A stretch of DNA of 62,985 bases, filler included, from Octopus bimaculoides (taxonomy: Eukaryota): assembly GCF_001194135.2 (NCBI RefSeq). It is 5 parts of 4 records of this genome, joined end to end, with 100 filler letters (N's around TTAATTAATTAA, not from the genome) between each part and the next. Parts side by side here need not be neighbours in the genome. Positions count along the whole stretch, not along the records: positions 45,418 to 55,232 come from NC_068996.1; positions 55,333 to 62,985 come from NC_069005.1; 3 more parts are not named here. One strand, written 5' to 3'. Every line of letters begins with the position of its first letter. The stretch's first letter is position 1. The position numbers and the translations under genes are program-made. Shown here piece by piece: positions 52,797 to 62,985 of the stretch. The notes under the pieces were generated by a model. It was not told the DNA's origin. It searched no databases and was given only the letters and a program-made list of their open reading frames with translations.

Positions 52797-52985
52797 CGTG
52801 GTAAATTCTAGAAAAAGCATCATCATACAGACATGGAGCTTATATAAGACCCACGAAATGTAATCTCTGCCTCTCAGAAAAGTTTTTTATCCTGTTCCAG
52901 GATAAACATGCTTTGAACCAGAGACGCGAGCTCTTAAATTCCTGCAGGCACGTTACGAGGCTTAAAATGTCAACCTATAAAAATA
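52797..52985 (+). mobile_element. PLE GIY-YIG C-terminal fragment (second family)
   Basis: W*ILEKASSY..KCNLCLSEKFFILF..LNQRRELLNSCRH matches the C.LCL.EK..LNKRSEL.S.CRH ending of PLE ORFs. Confidence 0.82.
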
Positions 52986-53998
52986 CTGTGTGGTTAAAAT
53001 GTTTTCACTTTCGGAAAATTTTGACTGTCCTATTTGAATTTTACTTTACACCTTATAATTATTTTGTATTACAATGCTAGTGCAAGATTTTTTACTTCTT
53101 CATAAGCTATTTTTGACTTAAGGTTTCCTTCGATTTTTATAATATTTTAAACCGAAATTTGTAATTTTATGCACCCGGTTATTGAAAAGACCGTCAGTTG
53201 AAAGGACCAATGAAACAAACCTATTTTCAAATGTGTATCCATCAAAGCAGTTGTATTTCTGCATGTAATTTTATCTTGCTCCATTCTACACAAAACATAA
53301 ATATATATGTATGTATATATATGCATACATATCTCTATGCATATATATATATATATTAGGGACAAAATCCAAAATTAAAGATAAAAACTCAATTAAAATC
53401 AATTTTTCAAAAATTAAAATTAAATTGAGCGTTACAGATTAAAATATATATAAATATATAGTTTTAGGGAAAAGAACCAAGTTTCATGAACTCATCGATG
53501 AAAATTCACTCTCACATATAGAAAAATTAATAATTAAAAGCACAATAAATGCGTATGATATAATACAAAGTAAATATCATAAGATAAAGATAATAAAATG
53601 ACTATACGTGTTTCATAACTAATTTTCAAATAGAAAGGAAATTTAAATCGATTAAAATCTATTAAATAAATTCTATTCAAAAATACAGTTAATCGTCAGG
53701 TCGTAAATAAAACAATAATTATAATAAATAAATATATATATCAACCAACAATAAGTACCAAATGAATTTATATAAAATACTTATTTTGTAAAGATAGAAA
53801 AATTATTAAAAATATCATTTTANNNNNNNNNNNNNNNNNNNNNNNNNNNNNNNNNNNNNNNNNNNNNNNNNNNNNNNNNNNNNNNNNNNNNNNNNNNNNN
53901 NNNNNNNNNNNNNNNNNNNNNNNNNNNNNNNNNNNNNNNNNNNNNNNNNNNNNNNNNNNNNNNNNNNNNNNNNNNNNNNNNNNNNNNNNNNNNNNNNN

Positions 53999-54051
<53 letters not shown>

Positions 54052-54239
54052 CATATATATATGCATATATGTTTATGTATATATATGCATATATGTTTTT
54101 GTATATATATGCATATATATTTATATACATAAACATATATGCATATATATATAAATATATATACATATACATATATATATATATACGTATATATGTATTT
54201 ATATATTTACATATGTCTATCTATCTCTCTTCTCTCTTC

Positions 54240-54722
54240 ACGTGACCGCCATTCAGCCAAGACTGACCTCTCTTTCTTAATTCGTGCAACATCTATATCC
54301 TTCCCAATGCCTGTCACCTCTTATGTCTTTGCCGAAGGCCTCACTTCCATACATGCCAGCTTAATTTAATTCGTCCATAGTCAAAAGACACCTGTTGTTA
54401 ATGTCCTTTATTTGCATTTGTACTTGTGTACCATTTCTCCGTTTATTTTTTCTGTCCTTGCTTTCGTATTAATTCGCTGCTTTCTTCCAACAAATCTAAT
54501 GCGCTTAGCTTAGTTTATCCTTGAAGCTGGTCAGATTGGAGCAATCTCGAGTATAACCAGCCGAAATTGCAAAGATAATCTGGAACTCGACTGAAGAAAG
54601 AAAACTCCAAATGACCCTTCCTTGTTTCTTGTATCGTCTGTCTGGATGTTTTGTTGTCCCTTTTTTGTATCATCTAACTGTCCGGATGTTTTGCGTTCTT
54701 CTCCCATTTTTGGTATTCCTTT
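54240..54722 (+). mobile_element. PLE-tail-like fragment with decayed hammerhead (54515-54578), interrupted by a SINE
   Basis: TTATC-CTTGAA-GCTGGT..ACCAGC-CGAAA-TTGCAA-A-GATAA; short direct repeats TGTATC.TCT..GGATGTTTTG downstream. Confidence 0.5.
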
Positions 54723-55140
54723 GGCTGTGTGGTAAGTAGCTTGCTTATCAACCACATGGTTCCGGGTTCAGTCCCACTGCGTGGCACCTTGGGAAAGTGT
54801 CTTCTACTATAGCCTCGGGCCGACCAAAGCCTTGTGAGTGGATTTGGTAGACGGAAACTGAAAGAAGCCCGTCGTATATATGTATATGTATATATGTATA
54901 TGTATATATGTATACGTGTGTGTGTTTGTGTGTGTGTGTTTGTCCCCCTAGCATTGCTTGACAACCGATGCTGGTGTGTTTACGTCTCCGTCACTTAGCA
55001 GTTCGGCAAAAGAGAACGATAGAATAAGTACTAGGCTTACAAAGAATAAGTCCCGGGGTCGATTTGCTCGACTAAAGGCGGTGCTCCAGCATGGCCGCAG
55101 TCAAATGACTGAAACAAATAAAAGAGTAAAAGAGTGAAAG
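54723..55140 (+). mobile_element. SINE family B, near full length, young (reference copy)
   Basis: tRNA-like head with B box GGTTCAGTCCC, ACCTTGGGAAAGTGTCTTCTAC block, internal (TA)/(TG) tract, (AAAGAGT)n tail. Confidence 0.93.
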
Positions 55141-55232
55141 AGAGATATGTGGTAACTTCTGAGGTTGGTCATGAACTAAATACTTGCCGCACATGGCAGG
55201 GTCGTCAACCATACCCTTTACCTACTTTCTAC

Positions 55233-55332
55233 NNNNNNNNNNNNNNNNNNNNNNNNNNNNNNNNNNNNNNNNNNNNTTAATTAATTAANNNNNNNNNNNN
55301 NNNNNNNNNNNNNNNNNNNNNNNNNNNNNNNN
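55233..55332. other. Assembly join spacer
   Basis: TTAATTAATTAA at 55277-55288 within N. Confidence 0.92.
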
Positions 55333-55379
<47 letters not shown>

Positions 55380-55533
55380 GTATATATTCATATATGTAAC
55401 AATTTATAGTGTTTACATAGAATTCCCACCAGTAAAATTCTGCTCATTACGTATTAGTCAGTGGGACTGAAGTCGAAATCATGTGGTTGCAAAGCGAGTT
55501 TCTTAACGACACAGTCATAAGTACACCCACAAA

Positions 55534-56722
55534 TCTATATACATAAATGGCAGTTTCTGTCTGTTTGTGGCTGCGTGTGTTTGTGAATTTGTTATTTTAG
55601 CTCCTTCGAGACTATCCAACCGATCACTTACACACTTAGAATTTCAAAAAAATTGATAATTTTTAATCAGCATCGATTTTCCAAAAATCAGTAGGACATT
55701 TCAATGCAAATTCTTATATGAATGTTATTTTCTGCCATAACTTTAAAAGTTTTCAACCGATTTTCTTGAAATTTTATACACAGATGGAATATGCGCTACG
55801 GATGGGTTGAGATAAATAAAGTTTTGCCTAAGCCACTCAAGTTGAGCATAAGATAGTTTTTGATTAACTGATTAACGAAATCTAGCCTAGATAGTTGTGG
55901 GGTTAAAATGTTCATCAATTATTTCAGCATTCTCAGGTTGCTGTAACATGTATTTTCTTAACATCTACACGTTTTAAAATTACCGATTCTAAACGTTGCA
56001 ACGCATGTAACGTTGCAATACATGTAACATGTATTTTCTTAATGCAATACATGTAAGATGTATTTTCTTAATACCTGCACTTCAAATTGTCGGTTCCAAC
56101 CGTTATAATCGATATTTGATTCTCACGATCAGCGGAAGTATACCCATGAAACACAGTCGTGAAATTAAGTGACTTTTCCCTAAATAATTTTTGGTTTACT
56201 CTGCAAACGTTTATATTCTTTTTTTTTACATAGCACTACTTTACAATTTATTATTTTTCAGCGAACTTCGAGAAAGCCCGAGTCGCAAAAGCTGAACTCA
56301 AGAGACGGGAGAGAAAGCAGCGCTTTCTCCTTCCCAAACCAACCCCTTCTATCCCTTGTCCACAATGTCCCCGTATGTTTCATGCAACCCTAGGATTGCG
56401 GAGCCATCTGCGGTTCAAACACCCAGGAAAATGAACTGGATTGCAAGCTCGGAAACACGAGACGCAGCCAACTACTACTTTACAATTCCCTTCTGGATGT
56501 TTCCATTGATTATATATTTACAGCTCTCCACTCATCTGACCAAACGATTGTCATTTTCCGATTCCACGCTTATTTATTTGTATTATTGTTTCGTGAATGA
56601 ATTTGCTTACGCCTTCTAACGGTCCTATATCTTGGTTTCATTTTTCGTCTGAGAGAAATAAGGCATTGTAATGCATACTGGGAATATCCCCGCTTCCAGG
56701 TATTACCGGGTGCCTCAGCTAG
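55534..56722 (+). mobile_element. Non-autonomous Helitron (about 1.19 kb)
   Basis: A|TCTATATACATAAATGGCAGTTTCTGTCTGTTTG start and CCGGGTGCCTCAGCTAG|T end; internal three-copy TGTAA.ATGTATTTTCTTAA minisatellite (about 55943-56072). Confidence 0.72.
56249..56473 (+). mobile_element. 5'-truncated RTE LINE with intact C2H2 tail and 14-bp TSD
   Basis: Open frame 56261-56434 ANFEKARVAKAELKRRERKQRFLLPKPTPSIPCPQCPRMFHATLGLRSHLRFKHPGK*; TSD ACTACTTTACAATT at 56235-48 and 56474-87. Confidence 0.92.
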
Positions 56723-57128
56723 TAAATAAGTAAAACAAATACAAACAAGTCTGGCAGCATTATATATAAAGGTAGGAAAACCTACAGGCTTGAAAAAACA
56801 TTGTATAACACACGACCTACTTAGCTTTATATTAAAATATATTTTGGGCAACAGGTAAATATAGATATATTTCAGTTTATTAATAGACATAATTGAAAGA
56901 GGAGAACATTTATTAAGTCTTTACTTCTGTATTCAATAAATGATGTAATGAGAGAAACATGAGCTTGAGGCTTAGCCAAAAATATAAATAATTTCAAAAT
57001 ATGAAAATATTTTTCTGTATTACTTTATTTGACATATGAAACCTAGTTATCAAGACTATGTATGTGTGTGTGTGTATGAATGTGTGTATGTATGTGTGTG
57101 TGTACGCGCGCGCGTTTGTGTGTGTATA

Positions 57129-57176
<48 letters not shown>

Positions 57177-57903
57177 NNNNNNNNNNNNNNNNNNNNNNNN
57201 NNNNNNNNNNNNNNNNNNNNNNNNNNNNNNNNNNNNNNNNNNNNNNNNNNNNNNNNNNNNNNNNNNNNNNNNNNNNNNNNNNNNNNNNNNNNNNNNNNNN
57301 NNNNNNNNNNNNNNNNNNNNNNNNNNNNNNNNNNNNNNNNNNNNNNNNNNNNNNNNNNNNNNNNNNNNNNNNNNNNNNNNNNNNNNNNNNNNNNNNNNNN
57401 NNNNNNNNNNNNNNNNNNNNNNNNNNNNNNNNNNNNNNNNNNNNNNNNNNNNNNNNNNNNNNNNNNNNNNNNNNNNNNNNNNNNNNNNNNNNNNNNNNNN
57501 NNNNNNNNNNNNNNNNNNNNNNNNNNNNNNNNNNNNNNNNNNNNNNNNNNNNNNNNNNNNNNNNNNNNNNNNNNNNNNNNNNNNNNNNNNNNNNNNNNNN
57601 NNNNNNNNNNNNNNNNNNNNNNNNNNNNNNNNNNNNNNNNNNNNNNNNNNNNNNNNNNNNNNNNNNNNNNNNNNNNNNNNNNNNNNNNNNNNNNNNNNNN
57701 TATGTAAATATACATTAAGGTGTACATAGAGAGAAACAAAAACTGAAAATATTTAAAAGATGAAGTGGTTAGATGAAGATTCAAACTTGTTAATTCGTTA
57801 CTGTTTTTCATTTCAGATTTCCCGTTTTCTTTTCTTTTATTCTTCTAATGCTTTCAGTTGTAGGACACTGGCCATGCTGGAACATTGTCTATAGCAACTA
57901 TCG

Positions 57904-59153
57904 ATGCCAAGAATACCAGAAGCGAAAGAAGTGTCTGATTTTCAAAGAGTGCGTATCGTGGGGAAAACTGAGGGTGGACTTAGCCAGTGTAAGATTGCAC
58001 AAAGCCTTGGGATCCCTCTTGACACATTCAACAGAATGATTGTACAATTCACCAGCAAAGGAAAGGAACCAACTGCATCCCTTTCAGGTCGACCTGATCT
58101 TTTTAAAAGGGTTGCGAAGCGAATTGGTGAACATAATCACCGCTGTAAGGCAACTGGCTTTGCAGGTCATCACCAAATCAGTCGGAGTACTTCTGTGAGG
58201 TATCTCCACCAGCTTGGCTAGTATGGCAGAACAGCTCGATGGAAAATCTCTTCTTCGGCCAACAAATAACCACAGAAGAAAGAAGTGAGCAAATGAGGCA
58301 GAGAGATCCATAGCTTTGTAGGAAACTGGAACATGGAAATTTGTGAGGTTGAATCAAGATGTGCACCATTTTCCGTCAGTGGATGTCAGTGGATCTGGAC
58401 ACTACCCAATCGAGACTTTCATTGAAATCGGCTGCGACCAATTGTGAAACAAGGCGGTTTTTCAGTAATAGTGTGGGGAGCAATCTAGAGTATGGTTGTT
58501 CAGAACTGGTGAGGTGCGTTGACTTCACAAACTCGGTAAAATACATCTCCATCCTTCAGAAAAGAATCCTCTCAGTTTTCTCCAGTGGTTAGATGGTAAA
58601 TGATACGTTATTTATGAAGGACATGACTCCATGCTGCACAGCCATAAAATAAAATACAATGACTAGCAGAGGGACAACGGAATCAGGAGATCTTGGCCAA
58701 GCCGGTCTCCTGATATCAACCTAGATCTTACGTCCTAAGCTTAAAATCCGCCGAGGTCGATAAACTAAGTACCAGTTACACACTAGAGTTGGTGTGATTG
58801 ATTTTCCCCCTCCCACAAAATTTCAGCCTTTGTAATTTTAGTAGGAAGTTTATGAACTCAGATGAATACCTTTGGTGTATACTGGACAGAGTAGAGCGAA
58901 AAAAAGCCACGAAAACCAACATCAAAGGAAAGTTTGTTCAATATGTTGAGTCCCGCTAGGACAGAAATTCCACCGGCGACAATTTCTGAACTCATTGGTA
59001 CGATGTCCAAACGGGTTAAATAGTCAAAATCGGCACAAGCTATGTCTGCTAAATACTAGATTAAGTATTTAAAGGTTTCCAATGACATAATTATGTTTCT
59101 GGGAGTAAATTTTCCAAAAAGATGGGGCCTATTATACTTTTGAGATGAGTGTG
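57904..59153 (+). mobile_element. Tc1 transposon fossil (near full transposase, frameshifted; SINE inserted at about 58730-58850)
   Basis: [36 protein letters not shown]; WPSRSPD; ends KY* at 59059; right end CTTTTGAGATGAGTGTG|TA; left TIR not seen. Confidence 0.92.
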
Positions 59154-59769
59154 TATGTGTGCGTGTGCGCGCGCGTGTGTGTGTGTGTGAGTGTGTGTGC
59201 GTGTGTGTGCGTGGGGTGTGTGAGCGTGCGTCTGTGTGTGTACTTATGTATGTATATATCTTATATATACCTATGTGTGTGCATATATATACACACATAC
59301 ACACATATATAAATATATATGTGTGTATGGGAGTACGTATATATGTGTGTATGTGTATATGTGTATATGTGTATATGTGTGTCTACGTATATGTGTGTGT
59401 ATATATAAAAGATCCAGTGAGATATGAGGGAGAATTTGGATGCTATTTCTCGTAGACCGAGTTACTACATAGAGGCATTCCCCCGCCCTCAACGTTGGGT
59501 GGTAACAGTAGTAGCAGCATCTCTCAGTGGGTGATCACAGCTAGGGCAGAGAGGGTGGGTTTTGTAGCATAAATAGCACTTGTATTAACAGACTAGCTGC
59601 CACCGCCATCGCCTCTACCACCACCGCCACCACCACCACCACCACCACCATCACTACAACCACCATCAACACCACTACCACCAGTAACGGCAACAGCGTC
59701 AAAACAAAAATACATATCTTTTAAACATTGGCACAGAGCCACGAATCATTCGTTGTGTGGGAGCAAGGG

Positions 59770-59990
59770 AGGAAATAAGGCGCGCGTTGTTTAACAGACT
59801 ACAGTATTCGGATGGTTATTTTACTGACCCAGAAACGTTAAAAGAAGGGCGCAGTGAATTATAAAGATCCCACCACATCCCGTACTTGTCTTGTAGCATA
59901 TTTTAGCAACACACGGAAAGGATGAAAGCAGAAGTCAGCCTCGGCTAAGATTCGAACTAAGGACCAGAATAACTTAATATAGCAACCTTG
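59770..59990 (-). mobile_element. SINE family C, strongly diverged
   Basis: GAAAGGATGAAAGCAGAAGTCAGCCTCGGC..ATTCGAAC block. Confidence 0.6.
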
Positions 59991-60262
59991 TGTTAGTCCG
60001 ATGTTGTAATAGTAAATCTCAAGACCGCCGGCGCAATTCGAACTCGCGTATTAAACGGTGACAACTGATTAGTGCAATGCAACAGGTTCTGTTGTATATC
60101 GCTCCAATAATGCTAGTCTGTGTTCTAAACGTGCTAATAAGGCAAAAGAGTTGCGCGGGACGTACGCATGCGTCGTAAGACGCTTGCTTCCCAATCGCCT
60201 TGTGAGTGAAATTTGTAGACGGAAACTGAAAGCCTGTCATGTATACATACGTACTTACAAAC

Positions 60263-60323
<61 letters not shown>

Positions 60324-60346
60324 CAAGCAGGCAGACAGACAGACAC

Positions 60347-60377
<31 letters not shown>

Positions 60378-60564
60378 CATACATACATACCTGTGCAGCC
60401 GTTAAACCAGGCACGATTTTTTTCTCTACTTGGTTTCTCCCCACCTCTGCCCTTTTCTTTCCTCATTACTTCCTGTAGAGAAGCGTAAACGCGAAACGTC
60501 AAAGACTCTTCTATTTTCCTTGAGCATCACGCTAATACTCTTTGTACATACATACATACATACA

Positions 60565-60600
<36 letters not shown>

Positions 60601-60624
60601 TATATAGGACAGTCAGTTGTCATA

Positions 60625-60664
60625 ATAGAACTCAGAGTTTCAAATGCCGGAGCATTTTCATCGG

Positions 60665-60668
<4 letters not shown>
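60625..60668 (-). ncRNA. Compact minimal hammerhead motif (44 nt, CCGAUGA core)
   Basis: AUAG-CCGAUGA-AAAUGC(UCCG)GCAUUU-GAA-ACUCUGAGU-U-CUAU. Confidence 0.65.
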
Positions 60669-60727
<59 letters not shown>

Positions 60728-60765
60728 CTACAGTCTTATAATAATATAATATAATGAAATGATAG

Positions 60766-60882
60766 AATATTAAATGTCTATTCTGATTGAACTAGTACTT
60801 TCATGCATTAAACTAGGCAATCTTCAGGTTAGTAGTTTAATACATGAAAGTACTGGTTCAATTAGAATGGACATTTGATATT
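60766..60882. repeat. Foldback hairpin, 50-bp arms, 17-nt loop
   Basis: 60766-60815 versus 60833-60882: five differences, all transitions. Confidence 0.93.
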
Positions 60883-61237
60883 TTATCCTTTCATTATATT
60901 ATATTATTATAAGATTGTTAATATAACGTGAAAATCAGGCGAAGTTGGAATTTCTATAAGCAATATATTCTTCTATACTCAATCATGTACACCCGTGTAT
61001 ATATATAAAAATATATCCANNNNNNNNNNGAGAGAGAGAGGTTATGAGAAGTAATGGTGTCAATAAGACACAAAGGTGTCAGGTAATGCTGAGTAAGTGC
61101 TGTGGACAGACTATAGTTAAGCTCCACGTTCGGTGATTATGCGAATGAGGAGCACGTGTATATATATAAAAATATATCCATACATACATACATACTTACA
61201 TACATACATACTTACATACATACACTCACACACACAT

Positions 61238-61270
<33 letters not shown>

Positions 61271-61494
61271 CATACATACATACACATACATACCCACACA
61301 CGCACACGAACACACACACACATATGCTCACACACACACGTATATGCATATATGCATGTCTTTGCCATTTTATTTGTCCATTCCACCACTTGACAAACGG
61401 TGTTGTTTAGTTTACGTGCTTATAACTTAGAAATTTGGCAAAAGTGGCCGATAAAATAAGTACCAGACTTTAAAAAGAAAGTAAAGTAGTAAGG

Positions 61495-61611
61495 GCCACT
61501 TACACAGCCATACCACTGAAGACGGAGTCTCTGGCAGGCTACCACCCAAAAACTCTTCTTAAGTAACTCATACATCAAACCGTCTCTTGTTCCAACGCTC
61601 ACTTTGAACAT
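61495..61611 (-). mobile_element. Small RTE LINE fragment
   Basis: QRLRLQWYGCV resembles the RRLRWYGHV motif of RTE ORF ends. Confidence 0.55.
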
Positions 61612-61727
61612 ATGAAATTGAAAGAGAATCAGAGAGACAAAAGAAGTGAGAGAGAGAGAGAAAGAGAGAGAGGCTGGGGAAGAAGAGAGGGAGGAAGTTA
61701 GTGCCTAGTGTGTGTTACAGCGTAAAC

Positions 61728-62373
61728 CAGTGACACTCTCTTTTACTCTTTTACTTGTTTCAGTCATTTGACTGCGGCCATGCTGGAGCACCGCCTTTAG
61801 TCGAGCAAATCGAACCCAGGACTTTTTCTTTGGAAGCCTAGTACTTAATCTATCGGTCTCTTTTGCCGAACCGCTAGCTTACGGGGATGTAAACACACCA
61901 CCATCGGTTGTCAAGCGATGATGGGGCGACAAACACAGACACACAAACACACATATCTATATATATATACACATATATACGACGGGCTTCTTTCAGTTTC
62001 CGTCTACCAAATCCACTCATAAGGCTTTGGTCGGCCCGAGGCTATAGTAGAAGACACTTGCCCAAGGTGCCATGTGGTTGGTAAGCAAGCTACTTACCAC
62101 ACAGCCACTCCTGCGCCTACGATTTCTTTATAACTGTGGCCCCCTTTGATCCCTATTTTTTTATTCTGCTGGACCCTAATAAACATTCGATGTTTAAGAA
62201 AGCCCCATTATATTTTTATCATTAAATATCATTAGGAATCGTATTACAGAATTCGCGAAATATTTTGTGTCCGTATTGCAAAAGTATAAGGAATTTATAG
62301 CACATACATTTTAACAACGAAATCTTATGCGGACCCCACCAAGGGTCATGTCAACTCCGGTTGAGAACCCCTG
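61728..62373. mobile_element. hAT-type MITE interrupted by a family B SINE
   Basis: Right end CCGGTTGAGAACCCCTG; decayed left end CAGTGACACTCTC; flanks GCGTAAAC/GGCTAAAT as a possible diverged 8-bp TSD. Confidence 0.55.
61738..62118 (-). mobile_element. SINE family B, young, with B-box deletion
   Basis: Close to 54723-55140 but lacks the GGGACTGAACCCGGAA segment between two CCA microhomologies. Confidence 0.92.
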
Positions 62374-62936
62374 GGCTAAATGAATAACGTTGATGTCAAT
62401 GCATATCAGTTGATTTTGATGTTGTATAAGCAAGCTTCCACATGGTCGCCTGATCCGATGGAAATAGTCGCCAAACCTCTCTTATATCACAACTTACCTT
62501 GTTTAAGGCAATGAAGTGTTAGAAAGAAAGACAGAAGTGTTTCCTTGTAAATCTGTTGTTTAATCAGAACTGACATGCAGGTTATAGCAACAGCAAGAGC
62601 AGAAGTGCAATAACAACAAGAACAACAATAACAATGGCAACAAAAACAATGTCAAAGTTTACATCGAGAATACCATGAAACAGCCCCTGCGCAGACGGTT
62701 GAACTACTTGAAAAAAAGCAGCCGCGTTTTCCTCAAATCACAGCCAGCCGTCTTCAGTTTGTGAAAATGAAACGTAGACAAATGGCGTCTTTTATATAAC
62801 AAACCAAGATTACACATACACACACACACAAATACACACACATATATATATATATGCATGCGTGTACGTACGTACGTATGTATGTATGTATGTATGTATG
62901 GATGGATGGATGGATGGATGGATGGATGTATGCATG

Positions 62937-62985
<49 letters not shown>

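Noticed and set aside
1722-57811. Long ORFs containing X runs or IYIY/VCVC/HTHT/poly-residue tracts
   Set aside because: Artefacts of N gaps and microsatellites; no coding signal.
3756-62118. tRNA-like heads as tRNA genes
   Set aside because: They lack a complete cloverleaf and continue into multi-copy SINE bodies.

Overview
Eukaryotic, AT-rich, repeat-saturated DNA with many N gaps; there is no prokaryotic content and no CRISPR array. The SINE families, microsatellite load and LINE types point to an octopus (coleoid) draft genome, which is my inference from repeat recognition and not a database result. I can support no intact host gene, only one plausible isolated exon (15841-15959). Nearly all long ORFs in the track are microsatellite or N artefacts. 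Recognisable content: several tRNA-derived SINE families, RTE, CR1 and R4/Dong LINE fossils (three RTE 3' ends carry C2H2 zinc fingers), Penelope-like element (PLE) fragments, two Tc1 fossils, Tc1-, piggyBac- and hAT-type MITEs, and two non-autonomous Helitrons. The most interesting signal is a set of minimal type I hammerhead-ribozyme motifs in PLE-type tails, read by eye at 18778(-), 19058(+), 36177(-), 46405(-) and 60625(-), plus several relics. Two of them face each other in a 491-bp spacer-less palindrome, and three share a CCGAUGA core variant. Four 100-bp N-TTAATTAATTAA-N spacers are assembly joins, so adjacency across them is unverified. Repeat boundaries are approximate unless TSD or TIR positions are given.
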